A stretch of DNA of 64,000 nucleotides. Source: Octopus vulgaris. Its lineage: Eukaryota. Shown piece after piece: positions 40,971 through 52,589 of this stretch. Each line of letters starts with the position of its first letter. Position 1 is the first letter of the stretch. The translations under genes were made by a program, and so were the position numbers. The notes beneath the pieces are model-generated. The model saw only the letters and a list, made by a program, of their open reading frames with translations, was not told the origin of the DNA and searched no databases. The DNA lies in NCBI GenBank assembly GCA_951406725.2, contig OX597817.1, positions 15,438,001-15,502,000 of the forward strand. Direction: 5' to 3'.

Positions 40971-41665
40971 TTCTATGTCTTTGTAATTAATCGATTACAT
41001 GACCTTAAACCTAGAGTAAAACATCTGAATTTTTATTGATAGCAGTAACTGAATTTTTAGTGAAGAATTTTTCATTAACATATTCCATTTGATTTTGATG
41101 CATTCTGTTAAATTTCAATCCAATTTTAAAATAAATATATTCTGATGACAATTTTAGGTGCCACAATTCTTAATGAATTGTATCTTACTTCAAATTTTAC
41201 ATCTAAATGCTATCATCATTCTCATTATGCTATATCTTGCAAAAAATTATTTCATTATGTCAAACACCTTTCTTTAAATTATCAATGTATTCTAGAATGA
41301 AGTATTAAAATATAAGTTTCACCATTTTGGCTTCTGTTACAGACTAATTGTATATATTTTTAATTCTATTTCTCACACAGAATATTTCTTTAATTTAGGT
41401 TTGATCAAAGTAAATATGAATATATAAGTACATATACGTGTGTGTTTGTCTATCTTTTAAAATACTAATATCACATTAAAAAAAATTACTAATAGAATAT
41501 GATAGGAAAATAATTATCATCAAAAATTCAACACAGTATATTTCAACTAATCTTACCCATTGACAGTAGTTTCCCTGACACCAACTATATAGATGATAGA
41601 AGCATTTCTGCTGAGAGTCTACATCTATTTACAATAATTATATATATATACATATACATATACAT

Positions 41666-41726
<61 letters not shown>

Positions 41727-42244
41727 TGTCATCTAATATCATTCAATATTTGTAAAATTTAAAAAAAATATTACTACATGTTCTTTTAATAACAAATGGT
41801 GAAGAATAAATAAATAATTACATACATATTTATACATGTCTACACTGTTACTAATTTACATATGGTCAAACATTTTACATACACCAACGCAAATACAAAT
41901 ATATTTTTGCTCATATAATAGCTGTACTGTCTATATAAAGCACAAATACATTTAATACATTTATATCAGTGTATATGTATTTTGGGAATCATAAACAATT
42001 TCACAAATATTCTACTTTCTTTCCTATTTAAAACAACAGGTTCTTCAGAGATTTTGGTATTATTAGTTGAAGAAAAACCTATATGATCATTCCATCTAAA
42101 TAATTAATGATATTTCTTATTAATACAAGAAGTTTGCTTCAATATTATGAATGACAATCAAAGAAAAAGCATAAAAATAGAAAATGGAAGAAATATAATT
42201 TCATATTAATATTAATATTAATATTAATATTAAATAACATAGAA

Positions 42245-42670
42245 GCAGCAAGTTGGCAGAACCATTAGCATGCAGGTCAGAATGCTTAGCAACATTTCAT
42301 CTATCTCTATGTTCTGAGTTCAAATGCTGCTGAGGTTGACTTTGCCTTTTATTCTTTCAGGGCCAATAAAATAAGTTCTAGGTAAACACTGGAGTTGATA
42401 TAACTAACTAGCCCCCTCCCAGAAAATTTCAGGCCTTGTACCTTTAGGAGAAAGCATTATTAAGGTGGTGAGCTTGCAGAATTGTTAGCATGGTGGACAA
42501 AAGGCATCACAGCATATCATCCATGTTCTCGGTTCAAATTCCACCAAGGTCAATTTCTCCTTTCATTCTTTTGCAGTCGATAGAATAAGTTCTAGTCAAG
42601 CACTGGATTAAATATAATCAATTTGCCCCTTGTCGCAAAATGTCAGGCCTTATGCCTGTTGTAGAAAGGA
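42245..42670 (+). mobile_element. Two tandem old SINE A-type copies with heavy CpG decay
   Basis: TTGGCAGAACCATTAGC..GAGTTCAAATGCTGCTGAGGTTGACTTTGCC and a second unit from 42463. Confidence 0.8.
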
Positions 42671-44129
42671 ATATTAAATAACATAGCATTATTTTTTTTC
42701 AATCTTTGAGTTTAACACTAGAAATTATTTCGTTTTTGAGAGTCAAGACTATTGAAAAAGTTGCAAGATGCAATGAAAATTTTAGGAAAATAAAAATAAG
42801 AAAGAAGTGGAAATTTTACCGGTGAGTGTGTTACGTTATAAAGCACAAAAAGAAAATGACTCTCCCCAGACACAACAGACTATAAATTATGTTAATTGAA
42901 TGTTGAATAAAATGCTTTTCACTTTAAAACTATTTATAATTTGAATTCATATCCCACCAGCTGTTTATCATTCCAAAGTTGATGAAATAAAGACTTGTCA
43001 TATAACTGTGCCCATGTTACTAGCCATACTCATCCCCAAATTTGAGACTTGTCTCTGTTTATATAGACAATAATATAAATAAATAATTACCAATAATGTA
43101 GCATTTCAGCATAAATAGGTTTTGAATTACAAAGAAAATATACAAATTTAATGATTTCCCCAATAAAGTGTTCTGTTGTATCTTAAGCAAAAGAATTTTA
43201 CACCAATTTTCGCTATATTTGCATAGGTAGTTCTGTAAACTGGAATATTTCCCCGAAATTTTTAAACAGCCATTATTACAACCATATGTCATAAAGTATT
43301 ACTCGGCCTTAAAACCAAACAAGTCATGTTCATTGGTGATTGTTTGACTTCACTGTTAAGTCAGTGAACTTGCATCTTAATTTTTTGCAAACTGAGTTAT
43401 AAGTATGAATAAGTGTATATTTGTAAGAATCAAGCAATTATCATACAAAAAACACTAATGTGTAAAAAGACACTAGAATGGAGCTTTGTGGTTGTTGTTG
43501 GTGGTGAGCTCTGGATTAGCCCTAATTAAGCAATACCAATGATCAAAAATATTCCAGCATGACTATCCCATCTTTCATACACTGTTTAATTCAGACTACA
43601 TTATCCAGTATGACTTTTCATTTTTTAAAAGACAACAGGGTCGGGTTCAGTTTGCAGTAGATTTGACTGTTAGAATAATATTTATAAATTTTATCCACAT
43701 AATAGGAATCCACACCCTTGAAAACATCCTTCTATAAAATGTTATAAAAAAAAATATGCATTTTTCATAAAGTCACAAGAAAACAAAGTTACAAAGTTGG
43801 TGGGTTAGTGAGTCATGTGTGTGTCTGCCTGGTGTGTGTCTGCAAGCAAGTAACTGTATAAGGGTTCGCTTGGTAGTTCTAAAGAGGAATCGTGTTAATT
43901 GTAATGATAGCAAAAGAAGATAAAACTGAAGTAGAAAAATAGTTGTTGAGAACTTTGTAAGATAAGTATTATTATGTGTGAAATTAACTGAAGAAAAGAC
44001 AAACCATACCGTAGTGGGAACATATAAGGGAGTATTTCAAAGCTAATGAAGTTTAATATCTTTAAATGATAAATAAGAGGCTAAGCCTTTAAGATGATAA
44101 GACAAAAATTATAAAATATCATTTGAGTA

Positions 44130-44414
44130 CATTATTTACATTATTTACATTTGATGGATATTTGTCCTCATCTTTTTTGTTAACACGTTTCGGCTGATAT
44201 ACCCTCCAGCCTTCATCAGGTGTCTTGGGGAAATTTGAAACCTGGGTTCTCATTCCTAAAGTATTCTTTGATGTTATTATCATCATCATCATCATTAATA
44301 TTATAATTATTATTATTATTCAGGTCACTACGCCATATGCTACGGGCATATGGCTACTAACCCCAAGATTCCGAGTTCAATTCTAGGCAGTGACCTGAAT
44401 AATAATAATAATAC

Positions 44415-44459
<45 letters not shown>

Positions 44460-44640
44460 TAATAATAATAACATCGAAGAATACCTTAGGAATGAGAACC
44501 CAGGTTCGAAATTTCCCCAAGACACCTGATGAAGGCTGGAGGATATATCAGCTGAAACGTGTTAACAACAAACAAGATGAGGATAAATATCCGTCAAATG
44601 TAAATAATGTACATAATTCCTCATCTCTTAAATATAGAAC
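44130..44640. mobile_element. Fold-back element: head-to-head tRNA-headed arms with hammerhead-like Penelope-type tails
   Basis: 12-bp TSD ATCATTTGAGTA at 44118-44129 and 44641-44652; long inverted arms; CTGATGA..GAAAC at 44526-44558 (+) and 44187-44219 (-); central tRNA remnants. Confidence 0.82.
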
Positions 44641-45084
44641 ATCATTTGAGTAATAATACATTACAGAAGGATGCTTCCATCATTGTAATAGGAGTTGGAT
44701 AAAATTTTGCCAACACATTGAAATATTCATGGGTAAACAACAGCCTACTCATGTAACCAAACCTGGTTGTATCCACATGATCTCATTGCTTACATTATTT
44801 ATACTCAGAGAGTAAATCTGAAAGAACATTTAAAATTAAGTTTAAAGGAAAGAGTTATAATGAATTCTAATCTGTAAATATGCTTTTCTTTAAGATATTT
44901 ATCTACTTAAAAATCAAAGTGGGTCGACCATTTCTGTTGTTAAACTCCAGATGGTATACATATAGAAAAATAATCTATAATGAATACAGATGCATTTGGA
45001 TTATATTTTTCTTTAATCTCTAGATAGTGAGGAGCTATCGTTATAAATATCAATTCTGGGCTTTTAATTTACAGATCAGTATAG

Positions 45085-45480
45085 GGCAGTGAGCTGGCAG
45101 AAACGTTAGCATGCCAGGCGAAATGCTTAGCGGTATTTCATCTACCGCTACGTTCTGAGTTCAAATTCTGCCGCGGTCGACTTTGCCTTTTATCCTTTCG
45201 GGGTCGATAAAATAAGTACCAGTTACACACTGGGGTCGATATAATCGACTTAATCCGTTTGTCTGTCCTTGTTTGTCCACTCTGTGTTTAGCCCCTTGTG
45301 GGTAATAAAGAAATAGGTATTTCGTCGGTCTTTACATTCTGAGTACAAATTTCGCTGAGGTCAACTTTGCCTTTCATCTTTTCGGGATCGATAAATTAAG
45401 TACCAGTTCGTTCTGGGGTCGATCTAATCGACTGGCTCCCTCCCACAAAATTTCGGGCCTTGTGCCTAGAGTAGAAAGGA
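45085..45480 (+). mobile_element. SINE family A dimer, second unit headless with a different tail
   Basis: Junction GAAATA|GGTATTTCGTC near 45317; several CpG to TpG/CpA changes in the head. Confidence 0.9.
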
Positions 45481-46540
45481 ATTTACAGATCAATATAAAT
45501 GCAAGTATTCCATCAAAGAATTACAACACCAGTACTGTATTATATTTATATCCCACAAATTAGGAAAACAAAAACAAAAACCAAGACAAAAAAGAAACAA
45601 CAAAAGATAGCCTGGTCAACATTTGGAATTCATTAAGGGTCTGCCTTCTGCAAATCAAAACCCCATCTGGTGGGTAACATAAAAATTTAACCAGTGATCA
45701 GTAACGAATCAATTTTTTTTATATTTCATAGCAGTAGCTTTTGTTACTTTTTCAAACATAGCTGTCACATTTTGTTTTTCAATAAAGGAATAATTTTCAA
45801 GAATTTATTTATATTTTTAACTTTATAAGACACTAACTTGTTGCAAAAAAAAAAAAGGCTTTATAGTTTAACTATGAAGTGAATACAATGTAAGGGAGAT
45901 AACTCCAAAGTTATTTCAAGCAGAAGTTATCAGAAGACGGAAGCTTTTCGAAGTCGATCTGGCTGTCACGTCCAGAAGGTCGAGTGACTCAGTTCCTCTA
46001 ATTATTTATTCTGGAACATTTAGTTTCTTTAGAAAACATTTTTTTTTTAATTGATAAAACTTGAAAATATCAGAGAGCAAAGACCGGGACAATTTTTAGA
46101 CAAATTCATTTGTCCTTTTGTTGCTGATTGCATCTTATTTTCATTATTTCTATTGTACATGAATCAGTAGTCTTAAATCCATTAAAATGTTTTAGCCCGA
46201 AGGCCGCGGCCATGCTGGGGCACCTGTTGAATAAAGTGGAGAAAAAAAAAAAGAGAAAAGGTTTTTACCATTAGAGCTCTGGAAAAATAACTTGTGGTAT
46301 TTGTTTCAGCTCTTTATGTTCAGAGTTCAAATTCCTGCAAGGTTGAGTTTGCCTTTCATCCCTCTGGGGTTAATAAAATAATGCAACTGTCAAGTACTGG
46401 AGTTGATGGGCAATCCCTATTCCTCAAAACTGCTGGCCTTGTGCCGAAATTAGAAACAATTATTAAGATACTCTATTTAAATACATATATATAAGTAAAT
46501 AAGTGGAGTTGAACGAAGATGTTATTAAAATTCTTTTACA

Positions 46541-46619
46541 TTCGACATATGTTTCGAAGACAACATTGGTTTTATTCCAAAGGAATAAACGGTGTAAAAT
46601 GCAATCTTCCCATCAGGAA
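46541..46619 (-). ncRNA. Type I hammerhead motif with extended stem II and A9G variant
   Basis: Minus strand TTC-CTGATGG-GAAGA...TCTTC-GAAAC-ATAT-GTC-GAA; palindromic stem III ACATATGT. Confidence 0.7.
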
Positions 46620-46810
46620 AGAAAGAGAACCTATCTCAACAACAAGACATTATAACGATTGCGATGACTGCCTAAATGAATAGGTCGCTTCATCCGTGTT
46701 ACTTGAGTGAATTTTGTTACCCTGGTAACTGTTTATTGAATTTTCCATGTTAACAGTAAACAAAGGATAATTCATTCATCCATTTAAATAAATATATATA
46801 TATATATATA

Positions 46811-47023
46811 TTGATAGAAATGGTAAGACAACAAAAGAATGAAAGAGACCTCGATATTATGTAAATAGAGGAATTTATCTGTAAATGTAATATGTGACAA
46901 TTATTCTGTAGCCATGATAAAACTCCAAGTTTCAGATGTTGGGGCGGAAATCCATGCCGCCATCTGAAACTTGGAGTTTTATCATGGCTACCGAATAATT
47001 GTCACATATTACATTTACAGATA
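46811..47023. mobile_element. Short fold-back element in (TA)n with 63-bp inverted arms
   Basis: Arms 46876-46938 and 46961-47023 with one mismatch; one-sided 65-bp extension. Confidence 0.8.
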
Positions 47024-47038
47024 TATATGTAATATATG

Positions 47039-47094
<56 letters not shown>

Positions 47095-47113
47095 GTATGT
47101 ATATATATATGTG

Positions 47114-47151
<38 letters not shown>

Positions 47152-47155
<4 letters not shown>

Positions 47156-47680
47156 CTTCTACATGGAATGGAGCCAGCCTACGTATGCATACCTTCCCTT
47201 CTTGGGACACAAAACTCTACTTGTGAAGACCTGTTGAGGCAAGTGAGGATCAGAATCGAAATCGATCAATGAAAATTGCAGATGTGTTACCAGTGCCGGT
47301 GGCATGTAAGAGAACCATCCGTTCATGACCGTTGCCAGCACCGCCCCGACTTGCCTCGTGCCGGTGGCACGTAAAAAGCACCATCCGTTCGTGTCCGTTG
47401 CCAGCCTCGCCTGGCCCCCGTGCCGGTGGCACATAAAAAGCACCATCCGTTCGTGGCCGTTCGCCAGCTCTGTCTGGCACCTGTGCAGGTGGCACGTAAA
47501 AGCACCCACTACACTCACGGAGTGGTTGGCGTTAGGAAGGGCATCCAGCCGTAGAAACACTGCCAGATCTGACTAGGCCTGATGAAGCCTTCCGGCTTCA
47601 CAGACCCCAGTTGAACCGTCCAACCCATGCTAGCATGGAAAACGGACGCTAAACGATGATGATGATGATGATGATGATGA
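47152..47680 (+). mobile_element. RTE LINE 3' UTR fragment with four tandem ~63-bp units and (GAT)n tail
   Basis: Same 3' end as the RTE copy at 56676-57585: GGAAGGGCATCCAGCCGTAGAAAC ... CCATGCTAGCATGG ... GATGATGAT. Confidence 0.85.
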
Positions 47681-48622
47681 TATATATGTGTATGTGACTC
47701 AAGCTATCGTCTCACAATTTTACCTACACAACAACATGTACTGGCTGTAATACCACCTCCCAATCCAATACTTATACAGATTGCACTTCAAGTTCTCCTT
47801 CACTAATAATGGACCAATGGAGCTCAACCTCCCATGCAGTAAACCCCAACCACCGAGATGGTAAGAAAACTTGGAATTGTCATGTTTCTCAACTATGCCC
47901 TCTTGGAGGCTTCTGTCTATGTAAAAATGTAGTCTACAAGTGCCACGTTATAACACCACATTCCTATCAAGCAAGAGTATATATTGGCAACACAGTTGAC
48001 TTCAAGCACTGCTACCATGCACACATGAACTCTATCTCCAATCCAAATTCTAAATTATCGACCTCCTTAACAACTCATATACACAACCTTAAATCTCAGA
48101 ATATTCCTTATACCCTATCCTGGTCCATAGTAAGTGAGGCTCCCCCTTACAATACAGACATTGGTGTGTTTAAAGCAAGTTAGGCATTTGTTATGTTTAA
48201 GAGAATTGCTAACCATTCTTCACCTTAATAGATTCTCAGATGTAATTTTTTCTTGTAAGCACAAGTACTACTTGTCTTTTGTACATTTTGCTAAATCTAT
48301 GTAATCCCATAATTATAAATATCCATACTCAAAATTAACCTTGCGCTAAGACAGTGTCAGTCTAGCAACCTCCTACATAGCAAATACTACCCCATACATA
48401 CCTTTCCAAATACTTCTAAACCACTATTTCCCATTTCCCTCACAGCCTCCACACCCACCCCGCCTTCCTAACCACCTTCTTATTTCTCCTCCCTATCTAA
48501 AGTACTTGATACTACCTCACTCCTTTGGATTCTAATCTGTCAACTTCTACACCGTCCCTATTCACATCCCTCTATTCAATTTCATATACCTTTGCTTACC
48601 ATGGCACCACCCCTCCAATACC

Positions 48623-48839
48623 TATTTCTTTATTACCCACAAGGGGCTAAACACAGAGCGGACAAACATGGACTGACATAGGTATTAAGTCGATTACATC
48701 GACCCCAGTGCGTAACTGGTACTTAATTTATCGACCCCAAAAGGATGAAAGGCAAAGTCGACCTCAGCGGAATTTGAACTCACAACGTAACGCAGACGAA
48801 ATACCGCTAAGCATTTCGCCCCGCATGCTAACATTTCTG
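48623..48839 (-). mobile_element. SINE family A inserted in the Penelope remnant
   Basis: 16-bp TSD CCACCCCTCCAATACC at 48607-48622 and 48840-48855. Confidence 0.93.
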
Positions 48840-49285
48840 CCACCCCTCCAATACCAACCCATTTCCTTTGCTGCACTAATAACTGCTATATTGACCACCA
48901 ACTCCATCCCCTCTATCTACTCTCATACCTCCCCACATATCTCCCTCAGCCACTGAATCAGTCAAATTATTTCCCTCGAATAATGGCCTCTCCTTTTCTC
49001 ACTGTCTCATCCATTAATTCTATTGCCTTCATAAAAACTAACACAAAGTTTACCATTTACATACTACCTAACCCCCCCTCTTCTTCCTACTTTCTACCTC
49101 TATTACTATAACTCCCTACTAGCCTCCTTATTAACCCCTATCCCTTGAAATTTATTTCCCCCTTTCACTATTCTCTATCTGAATACAGCCCCCCACCCAA
49201 TTCCCCCTTCTAATATACTTAGCTTTCCACAAAATCATTCCATCTTTAATCTCCTTACTATCAACACCTTAAATGTAAGATTTCT

Positions 49286-49376
49286 TCCCTGAAGATGAAG
49301 GCCCATCTCATCTGAAAATAGAATCAATTTACAATCATTATTTTGGATCACTGAACCCCTAGAAACAGCTGTTGGA
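49286..49376 (+). ncRNA. Degenerate hammerhead motif at the Penelope 3' end
   Basis: TCC-CTGAAGA-(long, poorly paired stem II)-GAAAC-AGCT-GTT-GGA; palindromic stem III ACAGCTGT. Confidence 0.55.
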
Positions 49377-49454
49377 TATGTAACAATTTTCTTCAACCCA
49401 TTTAATTCCTGATAACATTTTTTTCTGTGTGAGTCAGACATTTTTGTATATAAA

Positions 49455-49512
49455 CATACATGGCCTTGCTTTTTGCTTTTTGAGCCCAAAAATTAACTAA
49501 CTAACTAACTAA
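49455..49512 (+). mobile_element. Extremely truncated CR1 3' end with (TAAC)n tail
   Basis: TACATGGCCTTGCTTTTTGCT(T/G)TTTGAGCC matches the 3' UTR of the CR1 at 31040-31460. Confidence 0.75.
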
Positions 49513-49676
49513 CATTTCTTGTATTTAATGTATTAAATATTCTTTGTACATCGACCTGCCTAACTTGCTTATCCTTATATTTACCCCTCTACCCATTCAA
49601 GTTTAAACCTCTTGAGTACTAATTGGTGTAGTCTATATGAAGAATATCTAATTCTCATCTAAGAACTATATATATA

Positions 49677-49735
<59 letters not shown>

Positions 49736-49856
49736 TTTATGGAATTTCTTAAACTTTAGAATTTATGAGTGCAAGCAATATAGAGAGTAGAACTGCTTGC
49801 AAGTGTAGTTTTAATTTTTAGCTCAAACATGTGGATAGACAGGAAAAGAATTAACT

Positions 49857-50248
49857 CGCAGGAGTGGCTGTGTGGTAAGTAGCTTGCTAACCAACCACAT
49901 GGTTTCGGGTTCAGTCCCACTGCGTGGCATCTTGGGCAAGTGTCTTCTGCTTTAGCCCCGGGCCGACCAATGCCTTGTGAGTGGATTTGGTAGACGGAAA
50001 CTGAAAGAAGCCTGTCGTATATATGTATATATATATATATGTATGTATGTGTGTCTGTGTTTGTCCCTCTAGCATTGCTTGACAACCGATGCTGGTGTGT
50101 TTACGTCCCCATCACTTAGCGGTTCGGCAAAAGAGACCGATAGAATAAGTACTGGGCTTACAAAGAATAAGTCCCGGGGTCGAGTTGCTCGATTAAAGGT
50201 GGTGCTCCAGCATGGCCGCAGTCAAATGACTGAAACAAGTAAAAGAGT
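49857..50248 (+). mobile_element. SINE family B, full length
   Basis: Matches the 10045 copy. Confidence 0.93.
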
Positions 50249-50663
50249 ATACCAGATACCTTGACCCTCTACATGAAAGCAGAAATTCAGAGATGATGTA
50301 ATAAAGGGTTCAGAATATCAGGATATTTTCAGTTTATCAAACTATCACATATTTATTATTGGCATCTTTGATGAAACTTTTTTTAATATATTTCTACTTG
50401 TTTAAAGATTAAACAAGGTCAGAGAAGTGTTTTATATGAATAACTGTTAGCATAGTATGTAAATATATTTTCAGCATATATTTGAATATATCTTAGGCTC
50501 TTTTCCCATATTTGGAACTATTCCTATTATCTTCCCACTAATTAAACTTAGAATATTCTAATCAAGCCTTTTCCTTCATTAGCTTATTTAATAATTTAAG
50601 TCTATTAACAACAACAACAACAACAACAATAATGATAATAATAAAAATAATGATAATAATGAT

Positions 50664-51195
50664 AAATGCCCCGATGCAGTACCAGACAGTGGCTCTCGTG
50701 GCTTTTGATCTTAACTGATTGGAAGTGTCTCGGTATAAAAGATGGGCTACAGCAAATATTCTGCTCAATACCACAGATTTACTTGTCAGTTGTTTGACCT
50801 TAACCAGTTGACCATGTCCCTTAGTGGCTGACGATATGTGCATCTCTGATCACGAGCAGAAGTAGTAGGGGAGCATCATAGCTGTGTGTTGAAAGGAATT
50901 CTTAGAGGTTTGGATAATTCATCTTTGGAAACACGGGTGGTTCGTTCAACATCTTTAAACAATCCTTATTCAGGGATCTTTTGAGCAGGATGGGCTACTC
51001 GACCAGAAGAAAATTCTAACTGGGCCCCACCTGCAAGGTCATGCACTGTTTATCTTGATATGAGATCACCATGTCGCACACATATGGTTGTGATGCCTGG
51101 TGTACCCTTATCAGACAGGTAGACATGATGGGTATATTGGGCTTCGTATATTTTACCCCAGAGTCACTTTGATGGCAGGCACTGCTCTCTCACTC
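50664..51195 (-). mobile_element. About 530-bp non-coding element between (AAT)n arrays
   Basis: Higher-GC block bounded on both sides by (AAT)n; no meaningful ORF; strand inferred. Confidence 0.5.
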
Positions 51196-51439
51196 AATAA
51201 TAATAATAATAATAATGATGATTTCAAATTTTGGCACAAGGCCAGTGATTTCAGAGGAGGGTGCAAGTCAATTACATTGACTGCAACAGAATTTGAACCC
51301 AGAATGTGAAGATAGACAAAATGCTACTAAGTATTTCATCCAGCATGCTAATGATTCTGCCAGCTTGCTGTCTTAAATAATAATAATAATGATAATAATA
51401 ATAATGATAATGATAATACAAAAATGATCAGACTGGCAG

Positions 51440-52197
51440 GAGAAGGCATTGCATGGTAGATTCTCAAAGATAGTTGTGGCAAATAGTAGTAGTGAGACAT
51501 GGTTATGGTTGCAGAAAGGAAAGCTGAAGAGGGAGACAGAAAGTTTGTTAGTAGCTGCACAAGATCAAGCATTAAGGACTAATGGGATAAACGCCAAAAT
51601 TGACAAAAACCAAGTAGATTCCCAATGTAGATTATGCAAATCAAAAGAGGAAAGCATTACTCATATAGTAAGTGAATGTAGTGTGCTGGCACAGAAAGAA
51701 TACATGAAAAAACAGGATAATCTAGGGAGAGCAATCCACTGGGAACTTTTGAACACACTGATAAATGGTATGAACATGGACCTAGTAAAATACTAGAAAG
51801 TAAGAAATACAAGATGTGGGATTTTAGCATTCAGACTGACAGAATAATAGAAGCTAGAAGGCCTCATTTGGTAGTAGTAGATAGGGAGAATAGAAAGTGC
51901 CAGATAATTGACTTTATAGTCCCAAGACTTTATAGCAAAGTACCAAGATATAGCTATTGAATTACAGAGACTATGGAAAGTGCAGGTAATAGTTATAGGT
52001 GTATTGGGAACTATCACTAAAGATCTGAACGGATGGATTGAAGAAATAGGCATAAAACCCAGTTCAGTACAGCTCCAGAAAACAGTGTTATTAGGGGTAA
52101 CTAGGATACTTAAGAGGGTTCTTGGCATCTAAGGTTACTTGCTATAATCCAATAGGAGGGTTCTTGGTATCTAAGGCTACTTGTTGTAGCCTGATGT
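51440..52197 (+). pseudogene. R4/Dong-clade non-LTR retrotransposon C-terminus (CCHC plus restriction-like endonuclease)
   Basis: TWLWLQKGKLKRETESLLVAAQDQAL, CRLC....ESITHIVSEC, WDFSIQTDRIIEARRP, KYQDIAIELQRLW, LQKTVLLG; directly follows (AAT)n. Confidence 0.88.
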
Positions 52198-52204
52198 TTC
52201 GACT

Positions 52205-52505
52205 GGGGGGCACATGGCCTAGTGGTTAGAGCAGGGGACATTCGGTTGAGGGATCACGGGTTTGAGTCTCAGACCAGACGATGTGTGTGTTTATGAGCAA
52301 AACACCTAAGCTCCATGCGGCTCCAGCAGAAGGTAATGGCAAACTTCTGCTGACTCTTCCACCACAACTTTCTCTCACTTTTTCCTCCTGCATCTTGCAG
52401 CTCACCTGCGACAGACTTGCGTCCTATCCAGGTGGGGAACCTATATGCCAAGGAAACTTGGAAACCAGCCCTTATGAGCCAGGTATGGCTTGAGAAGGAA
52501 CAAAC
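52205..52505 (+). mobile_element. SINE family C variant with alternative tail
   Basis: tRNA head ATGGCCTAGTGGTTAGAGC; body like C; tail GCGACAGACTTGCGTCCTATCCAGGTGGGGAAC related to 8102-8400. Confidence 0.8.
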
Positions 52506-52589
52506 AAAGAAGGATGTTAGGACTCTTTTTCTTTTCCAGCAGTCTAATCTGTTGAGTGTATATGAAAATAATAATAATGATGATGATAA

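Larger units (their letters stand above)
47700..49440 (+). pseudogene. Penelope-like element remnant (GIY-YIG C-terminus, 3' region, terminal HHR motif)
   Basis: ORF 47809-48183 has CPLGGFCL..NVVYKC, YIGNT..FK, STSLTTHIHNLK..NIPY..SWSI; then LNRFSDVIFSCKHK; HHR-like motif at 49286-49376. Confidence 0.82.

Noticed and set aside
47293-47506. Regularly spaced short repeats resembling a CRISPR array
   Set aside because: Spacers are similar to each other, context is a eukaryotic RTE 3' UTR, and there are no cas genes.
47579-47600. CTGATGA followed by a hairpin as another hammerhead
   Set aside because: No GAAA after the stem; it is a variant of the RTE tail sequence CCTGGTGCAGCC.
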